Below are positions 38,802 through 51,876 of a stretch of 64,000 nucleotides of DNA, in pieces; within the stretch, counting starts at the first letter, position 1, and every line of letters starts with the position of its first letter. Under the pieces are notes generated by a model. It did no database searches and had not been told where the DNA came from. It saw only the letters and a list, made by a program, of their open reading frames with translations. The DNA is from Balanoglossus misakiensis. Taxonomy: Eukaryota; Animalia; Hemichordata. The translations under genes and the position numbers were made by a program. The stretch is from NCBI GenBank assembly GCA_040954595.2, contig CM082585.2, positions 11,745,863 to 11,809,862 on the forward strand. The letters run 5' to 3'.

Positions 38802-41532
38802 TTGTAGTTTCGCAGCTGTGAGGTTGGTGGCGCTGTGCATGTGATAAGAACAGCAAATGACGTCATGGGTGATGAAAGATTGATTTCTAGATCTAAACTG
38901 CCTTCAATATCATGCATTTTATGCAGCCTCCGAAATACACTATAGGCCTAAAGCCTTAGAATAGGCCTTGCTACAGACGGCTGCTTGATTGATTCAACTT
39001 TTGTTCCCACGCTACCAGCAAGAAATACAGACTGTCAATAAATCATCTACGGAAACAGCAATCGCAGAGACTTTTACATGTAACACAAAAGTAGGTTCAA
39101 TTTCAAAGAGAAGCACAGAACACTATGACCACTACTTCCCTCACACAATCTCAAACTGGTGTATATATGAAGATTGGAACAGGGGCACTAACCTGTTGCT
39201 TGTGGTTTCATGTTAACACAATTGGATAGAAACCCACTTACGTGAACTTACGTATTTTCCGTGTACAATTAAAATAGGGGACCAAACCATGATCGGGTTT
39301 GGGTCAATATGTTTATCAAGTTTTGGTGTTGGACTTCTGATAAATTTGTTTTGACCTTTTTAGTGATGTCGACTCCATTTTCATGCTCATGATCTACATT
39401 TTCAATCCAAAAACGCGATAAAATGTCTGGCGTGGACAAAGACCGCCATATTTACTCAACAGAAGACTTCTAAAATTATCACAATGCGACTCTAAACTAC
39501 CAGTCATGTCGCACAACCTATATTTGTCACCCTGCAATGCTAAATTTACCAGCTGTGAAACAAAGGTGTCAAAGAGCATTCATTATTATTCCATGTGCAT
39601 CTGTGCATGTTAACCATGGCATACTAGTTGGCATGATGAGAGTCCCCTCCAAAGAACAACAACAAAAGCTGCAGCTATCGATAATCAATGTCCCAGAAGA
39701 GGAGATCACACCACATTCATAACAGACATGACATGATGCGACACGACAGATGGTATAAATAGAAATGGCGCTAAAACCCGGAGCTTAACTTTAAAATATG
39801 TCTGTCCATCAATCGCCGACGTTATACGATGGTATTAACCCATGTTCGCCTTCCAACGAGCGGACGATGATAACTTTCGAAATTTTAAGGGCGACGCTAC
39901 CTTGCTTTTAAATGGGTTCTAATAAAAATATTCGAAAAACTAAAGTGATCTGTGTCAGTTTTATTCACAGTGTAACTCAAGAAATAAACATCATTCCAAG
40001 TTTTACAGATAGCCATATGTCTTTGTCAAGTTGTTGATCGATCTGTTGATTGAACCACGGTCACTCTAGTTGAACTTACTGATGGAAGGAGAGAAAAGTC
40101 TACAGAGTTTCTTCACCGGTCAATAAGTCGTATAGGTCATTTGCAGATGAATAAAAAACCAAAATATTTTCTTTCAAATTATTAAAGAGGTTGTCTAACG
40201 ATCAGCAAATAAAAATGGTGATTAAACACTGGCAATGGATTAAGTGTCATTTTTGGCCAGCCCATGTTAATAGTTTACCACCATACGTCAACACGCATGC
40301 CACGTTGCATACGAACTCTCTCTCACTATCCTGCTATTTTTATCCGCGTAGAACGGAAACAACACGAGATCGGAAAAAGTCAACGCTGTTGGAAAGACAA
40401 AAACGTCATCAAAGGTATGTTTTGTTTAAATAATTTTGTTCTGTATTTGGATTCTCAAAAGCAACTTCACCGTGTATATGTGTTCTAGAAAGTCAACTTC
40501 AAGTATATTTACTTTTGTGGGCGATTTTAGGTAAGTGATAGTATTTGGTATTACTAATTAAATTGTCTAGGTACTTCGTCACCGCGTTCTTCCGTTTCAT
40601 AACCACGTGTTAATTAAAATGGATTTGTGCAAAAAATAACTAATAAATGGTTCATATCCAAATACTGTAAATCATAAATCAGTTAAAACTATAGGGAGAA
40701 TATTTGCCTTCAATATAAGACCCGACATCACTTTGAAGTGTGTCATATGGCTGCAGTCTGCCATAATAAACAGAACAACGCAAAGAGAAAACGTGTCTGT
40801 AAACGATACTCTGTTGCCACGTCACAGTATCTTGGTGATGTCCCGACCAGTCTCCACACACTCGCTATATCTCTATTTTACAATCTTATACTTCTGTACC
40901 GCAGCGTTCTCGCCAGGATCGCAATCATATCGGCGGCAGTAGACAAGGTAAACGTTATAATTGGTATCTTAGGATATATTGAAGTTTTTCTCCAAGAAAA
41001 AGCTCGGAATAGGATTCTACGCTCGTGTCAACAGAATTGACGACTCGGGCAAGATGTAGGCCCAAAGGCGAAGAATCTGTGACGTCATTTCAGAAAAGGA
41101 ATCTTCAGTAAAACACTGGGGATCTTGGTGCCAAACATGTATTTACTCCATGTCAAATGGTTTGATGTTGAACGTCATTTAGCTGTTATCGCTTATGGAT
41201 TGAGAGAAACTTCAGAACGAGTGTCGGGACTCACAAACTGAAATCCCGGACAAGAGGGCATTCCCATCTACGAACCAGTTGACACACAAGAAACTTAATC
41301 CCCATAAAAAGTTATCCTCGCCTAGTGTCACGGAGTCGGCCTTGTCCTCAGCGCTTGATTTATAGCTCATCAAAGTAGAAGACTGTTTGCGTGTGTTGAT
41401 AGTTCTGTGATGCTCCTCGGAAAGTGAATATTGTAAAGTCTAACTATGTGACCATCTTGTTTGTTTGACAGGTTGCTGTAAATATATCTTCCAACCTGAC
41501 AGAAGTGGATGTTTGTGACTGATGCCAACAGC

Positions 41533-42945
41533 ATGAAGACTTTCCGTCGACTATTGATCGCCTGTTTTCTGTGTACAGCATGTACAGTCATCATTATTCA
41601 CTTCAGTGATTTTCTGGTGTCACGGTCAAACGCTTTCTTGAGGAAAGTAAATTGGACAGAAAGTGTGAAATTTCTCACAAAAGGCGAACCTGAGGTGGCG
41701 AGGTAAGTTTTTACCAAATTGTAATGTAACATATGCTATGCACAACCGTAACTGTACTGTACAATTAAGTTGAACCGTCAGTTGACAAACATTAGAAACA
41801 CGCAGATACACGGAAGAATGAGAATCTATTGGCAAGATTGTATGCATTCTAATGAAGAACGTTTATGTTTGAGAGAGAAAAAAACGGATTTGTGTATTTT
41901 ATGAACCATTTGAAGCATCTTTAATTCTGTGTGCTGTTTCAGAGTACCTGAGCCATCATGTGAACCAAGCCATCAAATAGTATTTGTGAAAACCCACAAG
42001 ACAGCTAGCACAACAGCAAACACTATTATCCAAAGATACGGCTACGTCAACAACCTGACATTTGCACTGCCTAAAAGGGGCGGGAAATTCTCATTCACGG
42101 CACTGTTTCGTCAAAATATGGTCGATTATCCTCAGCCGGACGACAGCAACAACACAACTATGAAACCAGTGACGTATGATGTGATAGCCAATCACGGGCG
42201 GTTTAACAAACCAGAAATGGATGCCGTCATTTCCAATGCACACTATTTGACAATAATACGAGATCCTGTTGCAAAATGTGAGTCGACCTTTGGGTACTAC
42301 AACATGGCGAGGAGTCTCGGTTTACAGAAGGAAAAGAATCCTTTCGAAGCATTTTTTGAAGATCCAGATAAATATTTTGATCTGAAACCGTTCATGTACT
42401 TTCAGGTCAAAAATGGCATGATGTATTCTTTTGGTCTCAACCATATTGACCACAATAACAAGACTAAGGTTGAACGAAAGATTCAAGAAATTGATGAAAC
42501 ATTCGACCTGGTTTTGATCTCGGAGTTTTTCGACGAATCACTTTTATTGATGAAGAAAGCATTGTGCTGGGACGAGGATGATATTTTATATCTTCCAAAG
42601 GGGATACGGTCATCTGCGCTGAGATATGATATCGATCCAAAACTGAGAGAAAAGGTTTTGCAGTGGAATTCCGCAGATGTACAACTCTATGACTATTTTA
42701 ACCGGACTTTTTGGGAAAAGGTCAAAGCCTATGGACCGTCATTTGATACCGACTTGAGGCACTTTCGCGAACGACAGAGGGCGCTGCTCACAGATTGCAT
42801 AGACCCAGGTCTCGCGGTGCGAAACCGAGATAGGCGAGAACAGTTTATGGCCCTTCGGAGTAACGCGAGCGATTTCTGTGTACTTCTTAACCAACGTGTT
42901 GATTTCTTTGTCAATAAAATCAGAGAGCGGCAAAACGCCCGTTAG
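41533..42945 (+). CDS. Galactose-3-O-sulfotransferase (GAL3ST / galactosylceramide sulfotransferase family), 2 coding exons
   Basis: Exons 41533-41702 (type II TM: LLIACFLCTACTVIIIHF) and 41943-42945 join in phase 2. 5'-PAPS motif FVKTHKTASTT, 3'-PAPS motif IIRDP...ES.F.YY, then FDLVLISEFFDESLLLMK..LCW and WNSADVQLYDYFNRTFW. Confidence 0.93.
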
Positions 42946-44235
42946 TTTTACCAATCATGGAGATGTATACACTGTCAGTGTTTATCATGGATATTACATA
43001 GAGGATGACGCGTGTTAACTTTCATACACGCACAATTGGCCGGGTGACTGATTACTGAATCAAACGTTCGCCTTGTGTTGACTCGAACAACATCACAATC
43101 TGAGATACAGCAGAGGACTAGCCTTCAATTAAGAGCTCTGCATTTCTGAAAATCATTTATTATTGAAAGCTTGTGGTGTTAAGTAAAAATTATGCAAGTC
43201 CTTGGCCCCTACCATCGCAATTAACACGTTGCTATGAACAGGACATTTGCATATTGCACATGTCAACAAATTACCCAAGCGACAGACGAGGAAATTCCTG
43301 CAGCCAGATCCACCAAGATCAAATGGATTGACGAGATGTCTGATGATGAAGAAGCAATTAAACCAATGTTCAAAAGATGACTTCGCCAATATTTGTTTTC
43401 CGAATGAAAATAGTTCAGCGAAACATTATTCTAGTACTACATGTATACGTAACGATGAAATAAATAATTACCCTAATGAATACAAGTTTCCATTTAGTCC
43501 GATGGGATATCAATTTATAATTGCATCGTTGATTGGTTTTCTGGTCTCTAAGGCTGAAGCGCAGTAATAATCATAATTAGCATTATAAATAACATTGCTT
43601 ACGCAATTTAAATTTAATCGCGTGGCGTTTATAAGTAAAACGATTCAGCGTAATCATCATTGTCATCAAAAGTTGCCACTGATCCTCTAGAGAGCTCTTG
43701 GGACCATTTTATCTTACAGAGTCTGCAACCTCGGTCACGTAAGGTACATATCACTTTGAGGGTTGTCTCGTTTGATGCTTTTTAAGAGGTTGCGTTCTCT
43801 CGTGAGAATTACCGCAGTATTGTTTGTCGTAAATTAAACCCAACGTGTTGCGGATGATTCTGGTCTAGGAAGTCTTGTGTTGCGCTGGAAACCATCCTCA
43901 TGTAAGTAATGCTATGCAATCTTTCGCACGCATCAAGCGTTTTCCGCATGAGTTATAACTTAAGTCAACATTCACCTCTGCAATACATTTGACTGAAAAT
44001 GGAAAACAACTTATGGTAACATTTCAAATTCGGGAATATCATTAGTCCAACTCAGTTTGTCTTAGTAAGATTGTTGTCATTTTAGACATTGATATTTCAA
44101 ACGCTGTTGACAAATGTGATTAGAGGCAGGACAGCGTTATTATATTTACTAATTTACTTTTAATTATTTATTGGCTTTCCCAACAGCAACCCAAACACAC
44201 ATGCTCAGCCGGGACTAGTCGGTGACGACGTCACT

Positions 44236-47200
44236 ATGACAACAAGGCTCGAAGAAGATACACTTTCAGTACTTTCAATAATTAGCAGCACATCAGGTGG
44301 CAAGTCTACGTTCAAGGACAAGACATTGAGGAGCAATAATGGACAGAAAATAGAGAGTATGAAAGTATCCGAAGATCAATGTGATGACGGTTTTGGCGGA
44401 CAGGCGAAGTCATGGAAAGTGAAAGTCCAAGAGTTCGGCAGCAAGACAACCACGCATGGCATACCTCACATTATTGAAGCTCAGAGTACTTGCAGCTTCA
44501 CATGGTGGACTGTCATTTTCGCGTTGGCTGCGCTGTCTCTTTTAGTCCAGGTCGGTCTGCTTGTAATGCAGTATTTCGAACGCAATGTCAATGTGGAGGT
44601 AAGTAATCGAGCCAAGCAAGCCAACAAACAAACAAACAAACAAACAAACAACAAACAGAAAGCAATTCAGACAGACGAATACTTATTGCAAATACTGAAA
44701 CATACAATGTATATTGAAAATATCGAAAACCGGACAAAGTAACTAATTAACTCAGATAATGTCCAAATGAACGACGTTTCCCCATTTTCACGACAGTTAA
44801 TCAGTCTCATAAAATACTTAATTTTGTTAAATAGGTTCAAATGGTCACAACCACACAATTATCATTCCCAAGCGTCACGGTTTGCAACACCAATAAGCTT
44901 CGAAGGTCAGCTATCAGAGATTCGGAGTACAGTGAATTATTGGTTTTCGAAAGTGAACTTGTTATACCATACTACGGTAAGTGGTAGACCCGTACCTATA
45001 CCCCATAGTCGAATTAAATTACAATGAAGCATTTCAATTGAACCATAATAGAAGTGTATATTTTGATAATTGTTATAAGACTGTAAACACGTCTATTTTC
45101 AGTGCCCTGTTTGCAAGGTGATTTCGAATGCTCCAACGGCAGACATTGCATAAAACCGTTCCATCAATGTGACGGTATTCACCACTGCCCGGACTACAGC
45201 GATGAAGTTAATTGTACCTATGGTATGCATTTTTGATTCTTTTTACTTTTAAGTTAAAGCTCAGGTTTCTCCAGATATAATTGACAAGCCTTTGGGACTG
45301 GGTGTGGCAACGATAGGGCAACACCCAGCCCCTTTATCTGTGGTAATTATTTTTACTGGGGGAGGGGGTGAGAAAATTAATGTCCATATTAGTTTTCTCA
45401 CAGCAAACTAAATTGAAATGCATATTTAATTGCTACTGGTCTTCCTTTTCAAGGCCTCTGTGGCGAAGAACAATTTCGGTGTAGACAAGGCAGCGAAGAG
45501 GGTGTGTGTATTCCGGCGCATGCGAAGTGTGACAGGCAGTTTAATTGTTACGATGGCGAAGATGAAGACGACTGTGGTGAGAATTGACGGACTATAAGTT
45601 GACATTTCAATATCATATTAATTTCATAGAAAAAAAAACAAAAACACATGTTTTTGCGACGAATTACACGTGAATATGAAACTTCTTTTTCTCTTGCGTA
45701 GACTGTGATCCCGCGACAGAATTTCGTTGTATCATATCCAATGAGTGTGTGCTCACGATAGCCACGTGTGATGGCACATTCGACTGTCGAGACGGAAGCG
45801 ATGAAAGTACCAGCCTATGCCGTAAGTAAACACAGCTATGGCCAGTTCATAGACCGCTGCTGTAAGAGGTAGACAGACAGACAGACAGGCATACGGACAG
45901 ACATACAACCAGACACTTGTATCATAAACATTTGCATATCGAGGATTTTCATCATGGACACTATTTCTTCTTTCGTCATTCTCTAGCCGCGCCTTTGGTC
46001 AACCTAGCTTTAGGCCAAGCAACACGTGGACGGCCCGCGGCAAGCCCCGCCTGGTTGGCGGTCGACGGGAATGGAGAGACCTGTTTCAATTCCGAGACAT
46101 CGGATTCTCCATTTTGGGAGGTCAAGCTTGATGGATATTACACGGTTCACGCAATCCGAATCACCCACGTAGTAACACTGGAAAGTGAGTACCATCATAG
46201 ACAGTAAAGTCTGTGGCACCATAAGGAAAACAGCATTTTATGGTATAGTTAATTCAGATGGAGCAGTTAGTCGGACAAGAGATTTTCTACTTTTCTTATT
46301 TACTGATCCATATCTTCACGGCATCGTACAGGGCAGATGTGAGATCTCGTCTCTACTGTCTCAAGTCAGGTATGTGGATATGGTCAAGCTGATTTTCATT
46401 TTTGTCCTCTCTTCTTCCCAGTACGGTCGTTAGAAAACGCTGTGATACACGTTGGTTCCGAAATGTATTACCAGTCGAATGGGAAATGTCGATCTGCCCT
46501 TCAACCAGCCGAAGTGGCTTCAGAGACTTTCACTGTGACATGTGACACGCCGATGGCCGGGAAACTTATAACTATTGTAGATGTTGACGATAATGATACT
46601 CTGACGCTATGTGAGGTTGAAGTTTTAGGCACTGGTAGGATAACTTGTGTTCGTTTCTTGACTTTCTTGGTAAAAGTTATCGATCCATCCATCCATACCT
46701 ACATACCAATATGCCTCCAATTTCGATTTTGTTTTGTTTTTGCTTGTTGTTTATTTATGTGCACATTTTCTCGGCAGGATATGTTTACTCAAATATCGCT
46801 TTAGGAAAACACGCCACACAAAGTAGCCGGTACCGTGACGGCAGCGCTCTCAAGGCAATCGACGGAGAGACTGATACAGACTATTCTCATCGTAGCTGCA
46901 TCCACACCGAGTTGGAATACGAACCGTGGTGGAAAGTCGACCTCGGTGATACCTACGAAATCAGTCACGTGACTATATCGAACAGGGATGATTGCTGTTG
47001 TGAGTTTGTTAGTTAGTCACTTGATTCACTCTTTTCTCAAATGTTTCTTGGCGCTTTGTGAAGATTCCAATCACTTTCATGTAAAATTGTGCTCACGCGA
47101 CTTACTTTCATATAGTGTATACACAAATCACTTTCACTGTGAAGTGATAACTGTGTTAAAATTTCCTTCGCCACCTTTTTCAGTGTGGAGATATTGACAC

Positions 47201-47484
47201 ACATAATACTTTCGCTCCACAGCTGAACGCCTGATTGGATCTGAGGTGCGCGTTGGTAATAACGAAACTTTTATCACGGAGAACACACTATGTGGAGACA
47301 AGGTTGACACCAACGATACAGAAATCGCGACTATAATGGTCAATTGTGAATCAAAGTTGATTGGAAGATATGTCAGTCTGCAGATAGTGAACAAGACTGA
47401 ATACCTTCATGTTTGTGAAATCGAGGTGTACGGAAAAGGTGCGTTCACAAAGTCAATCCCCATTTAGAACTCTTACTGACTGAC

Positions 47485-47576
<92 letters not shown>

Positions 47577-50500
47577 AAACCATTTGACAGAATGGGCTGA
47601 TTTTGAGTCATGTTGTTCTTTTCAAACGATATCAAGTGATTAGGTAACTAACTTTTGTGTTTCTGTGCGACAGTGGACGTGGAACGTTTGCCAAACGTTG
47701 CTCCGGGGAAGAGCGCCCAGCAGAGTAGCACGCTCCTCAATTTTGGCGCCGAAAAAGCTGTTGATGGAGACACCAATAAAGTGTTTAGCGAGGGAACTTG
47801 TACAATGACTGTGGAAGAAAACGAACCTTGGTGGAGAGTTGATCTCGGAAAAATCTACAGAGTTTACCATGTTTACTTACATAACAGAAGGGACTGTTGT
47901 CGTAAGTTACCCATCAATTTATTTATTCCAAGAAAGACCAATATCTAAAATCGCTTTTCAATCGTGAATTACTAAACGCCCTGTATCAGTTACCTCATAC
48001 CAACTTAAGAATGAGTTAATTTTGGATTTTGTATCATGCTAGGTGAGGAACTAAGTGGCGCCGTTGTTCGGGTTGGTTATCACGAAGATTTTGACACCAG
48101 TTCACGTTGTGGCAGCCAAGTAACAGAACATGCGTCTCATCAACCCCGGATCACGAGGACGTGCAAGGTACCTGTCCTGGGAAGATATGTCAGTGTTCAA
48201 CTTGAAGACAAACTACCTGGCACATTGACCTTGTGTGAAGTTGAAGTTTACGCTGAAGGTTGGCATTGACTTTGAAGGGTCTATTACATACCTATAACCA
48301 CAACATGTAAATCACTCTTTGGGTGTTGAAGTCGGGTTTTTTCGAACGGACACAGTAGACAATTCGATTGGAAATCAAGGCGATGGCACAGACACTTTAG
48401 GTCATGTATATATGTATGCTATTGGATATTTTCTGGTTTCTAGATCAAAGATATTTTATGGTTACACTATTATACTAGTCGCTTCTCAGGATATTCTATG
48501 TTGTTGCAGAATTCATCATCGATGTCTTTGAGAAGATCCGGCGTCAACGACTGATGGAGAGCTTCGATAAACAACGCAACAAGCGACTAACAACGACTGT
48601 CGAAATCGAAGCAGAATCTGGACTGACACTGGAAGGATGTCTTCTGAAATGCAACTCAAAACAAAGATACATCTGTCGTTCTTTCAATTATCACCGTAAA
48701 TCCAACCTCTGCGAGCTGAGCAAGGAAAGGGCCTTCGATGAGGGCGCTGGTCTCGTGGATGACGAATCGGTCGATTACTATCAGCGTGTTGCACTGGATA
48801 GTGAGTCTCCTGGACATTGTATTTGTGAACGACATCAGTAAAACATAACTGTTCCTAAACCTTGTTATTATAATCTCATTCGTTCCCTCTTTTCCTTCCT
48901 TGTCTGACGCCTGTTTCCGTCTGTCTGCCTATGTCACGCGCACAAACACGCATTTGAATCTGTTCTTATGTATTTCATCAGAGTACATCCCAACTGCAGC
49001 TGGCTCATGTCCAGTGGATATGTGGCAATGTGGATCTGGAGAATGCATTCATTCTTATGGTGTATGCGACGTACGGCCTGATTGTGAAGATTTCTCGGAT
49101 GAAGCAAATTGCACGAACCTTTCTCTGCAAGGTGAGAATGTTGAGAATCTATAATCCCAGTTCCACGCAACGCCATTATGCAACCAAGTCACTTAATGTA
49201 GGTTTACAACTAACATGGTAAATTCAGAAACAATTTTACAGACTTATTCTATATATTGCTGTGTAGTGTTGTCATTTTTTTCTAAATTCTCCGTAAACAA
49301 CAGGAAGCACAACTGAAGACACCAACGAGATTTTCAACACATTAAAAGAACAGTTTAAGTCTCTCAACGTCAAGGCCAGCATTTACCAAGACTTCATGAG
49401 CAACATATACGTCGATAGTGGGTTTTCCCGCGTCCAGGGTGAAAATCCGCCCGACTGGACTCGATTCAAGACATTCAGCAAGTATCCAGACTACAGGGAT
49501 GTTCAAGGAGCCCTCAAACTGACTTGGAAGGAGATTTCAAGATATGGGCACCAGAAAGAGGATCTGATTGTTCAGTGTAATTTCGCTGGCAAGGAGTGCG
49601 ACATGAGGTGAGGATTTTGCACGGCACTGATTGCATAGAGAATATTATGATGAATATTCAATCATCGTCGAAATTCGAAAAGGTATAGAAAGCTGGTCCA
49701 CAACTAGATGTGTACAATATTGTAGTTAACTCCTAATCGAGACGTAAATGTTTCGTCTTCAGCGAGATAACGGAGTTTCAAGACGACAAATATGGCAACT
49801 GCTACACTTTCAACCCGTACGTAGATAATGCCCCTGTGGTGCAGATGGCAAGAGGAACAGGACCCGCTTTTGGTGAGAAACCAACTGTTCTAATTATTTT
49901 TTTCAGATTTAATGCAACCTCGCACAGTCTTGTTCACTTATGTTTTCAATTTCGTTCTAGGACTTGACTTGATACTCTTCACTGAACAATCTGAATACAT
50001 CAGTCTTTATGGACAGGACTCCGGTGTACGAGTTACTGTTAAACCCCAAGATATGCCTGTGTTGCCAGCGAAGGAAGGTTTCACCATCAGACCAGGAACA
50101 ATCACATCAGTTGCACTGACCCAGGTAGCGTATTCCGTCTTGTTAGTTGATCTCAATCCTGTATGGGGACAGGTTGCCTATGTAAACAACTTGGATTCCT
50201 TTGCGCGAACTGCGCGTTACATTCCTTTTCTATTTACAAACTCTGTCACTCACTTTCAACAGAAACTTAACAACAGGATGCCTCCACCGTACGGCGAATG
50301 CACAGAACTACAACATATAACGGCCAAGAATAAAACGTTTTCATATTCAACGGAGGTAGGTCTTTTTCTCAATTTGAGCTCTTACGGTTACCAAGGAGTA
50401 GTGAATGTTTTGTGTGGAAATCCATCTGGATTTATCTGTTAACTACTCTTCCAATGCATTAACATTTTCTACCATTTCAGGCATGCCAGATAAATTGTTT

Positions 50501-51876
50501 TGAAGATGCGTTGTTTAATTTCTGTGAATGTTCAGTGTGTCTGTATAAACAACGACAGAGATGTCAGATGCTAAACAAAACACAAGGTAAAGACTTGCCT
50601 ACGCACAACAAGAAAGACAACATTCGTGGGGGAACAAATTCATTAAAACCATCCGCTCTTTGTTGATGAATTCTGTCGAATCTGGGTTAGATGGTACAAA
50701 TGCAATCATTACCCAAAAATCCAAGTTTTCATTCATGTTTCCATGGGATCTCCTCTTTTCTCTGTTTATGTTAGTGCAAATGTTCCTTCCTTATCTATTC
50801 ACAATTCTTTCCACAGATATGTGTCACAAAATGGTGCAGTTCTTGTACAATAATGGACTAATTCCTTGTGATTGTCGTCCGTCATGTGGGTGAGTATGAT
50901 CGCTGCGACTACTACCGATACCCCCATTAAAACTGCACCACCACAATCACCACCACCACCACCACCGTCACAGCAACAACAACCACAAACAACAATGGCC
51001 ACCACAACAACAATGACGTCGACGACAACAACAAAAGCAACCACATCTCTGTTTCTACTTCGTCGGATATAAAAACCATTCTTTGGTCACTTTTCTGTTA
51101 CAGGGATGTCTCTTTTTCAACATCGCTCTCACAATCTCTATGGCCATCAGATGTGTATCTGGTACGTTAAATATTGAACCCCGTCTCATAATTAGAAGAA
51201 TGTAGAAGTTACATATACTTCGTCTATTACTTTGCTGAGACAAAATATCTGCCTAGATTCCAGTGCAGAACAAGACATCTAGTATTGAAAAATAATACGA
51301 TTCCGTCATTTATCCACAGAGAAATCTCTTGAGATCAATACTTTGGAAGAATGAAAAACTGAACAATGTTTACGACATGGAATCGGCAAGGTAATTACGT
51401 ACAGTAACAGTTAAACTGTTATTGTCAACTGATTATTACCACTTACAAAATGCAAGGTTTTCCATTGACTTATGCGTATAATTATTTCAAACAGGTCCAA
51501 CTTGGCACGACTGGAAGTATATTTCTCAAGCCTGAATTATGAGGCAGTTACAGAAAGAGACGCATATTCTGTAAGTTCTGTTTTGATGACGTTTGTGTTA
51601 TTTCTTTTCATTTCCTTGTGTGGATTATTCAGTTATACTATAAGCAAGCTGAGGAAGGGAATTGTGATTTAAGACGCCTAGTACTTTTTCTTGTTTCTTG
51701 ACGTTCATCTTTGTCTCTTTCAGTGGGAAGATTTGCTCAGCGATATCGGTGGTTCATTCGGACTCTACGTTGGCATTTCACTGATCTCTGTTTGCGAATT
51801 CATCAACTTTCTTTTCGCAGTTTGTCTGTCTATCAGTCGTTCAAAAAGAGTCACCGCACCAAGTTACAGTGGTTGA
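44236..51876 (+). CDS. DEG/ENaC (amiloride-sensitive sodium channel family) subunit with inserted LDLa x4, F-type lectin x3 and PAN/Apple domains; 23 exons, ~1,269 aa
   Basis: Exons 44236-44598, 44835-44976, 45103-45222, 45454-45576, 45702-45821, 45987-46184, 46422-46634, 46778-46999, 47223-47438, 47674-47901, 48043-48258, 48510-48800, 48982-49131, 49304-49607, 49763-49872, 49961-50124, 50263-50355, 50481-50586, 50817-50889, 51104-51161, 51320-51390, 51495-51570, 51724-51876 total 3,810 nt in one frame. Channel hallmarks: [11 protein letters not shown]1, [38 protein letters not shown], Cys-rich thumb, WPS, LEVYF, TM2 [22 protein letters not shown]. Confidence 0.92.
45103..45821 (+). other. 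Three LDL-receptor class A module exons within the DEG/ENaC gene
   Basis: [36 protein letters not shown]; CGEEQFRC...[16 protein letters not shown]; CDPATEFRC...[13 protein letters not shown]. Each has six Cys and an acidic D..DE Ca-binding motif, in a phase 1-1 exon. Confidence 0.92.
45987..48258 (+). other. Three F-type lectin (fucolectin/FTP, F5/8-type-C-like) domains, each split over two exons
   Basis: [18 protein letters not shown] and [12 protein letters not shown] starts; [23 protein letters not shown]; LTLCEVEV ends. Confidence 0.9.
47476..47576. repeat. (GATT)n tetranucleotide microsatellite, intronic
   Basis: actgactgattgattgatt... run of about 100 bp. Confidence 0.95.
48510..48800 (+). 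other. PAN/Apple domain exon within the DEG/ENaC gene
   Basis: [32 protein letters not shown]...VDYYQR fits the PAN C-x3-C...CRSFNY...C.LS...DYY pattern. Confidence 0.88.
48982..49131 (+). other. Fourth LDLa module exon within the DEG/ENaC gene
   Basis: [35 protein letters not shown]. Confidence 0.92.

Noticed and set aside
38989-41040. Short ORFs between IWS1 and the sulfotransferase
   Set aside because: No recognisable motifs or consistent exon chain; probably intergenic DNA or 5' UTR exons and introns.
45103-49131. Separate nested lectin/LDL-receptor gene inside a DEG/ENaC intron
   Set aside because: No own start codon, signal peptide or terminal exon. Same strand, and splice phases fit the flanking channel exons exactly.
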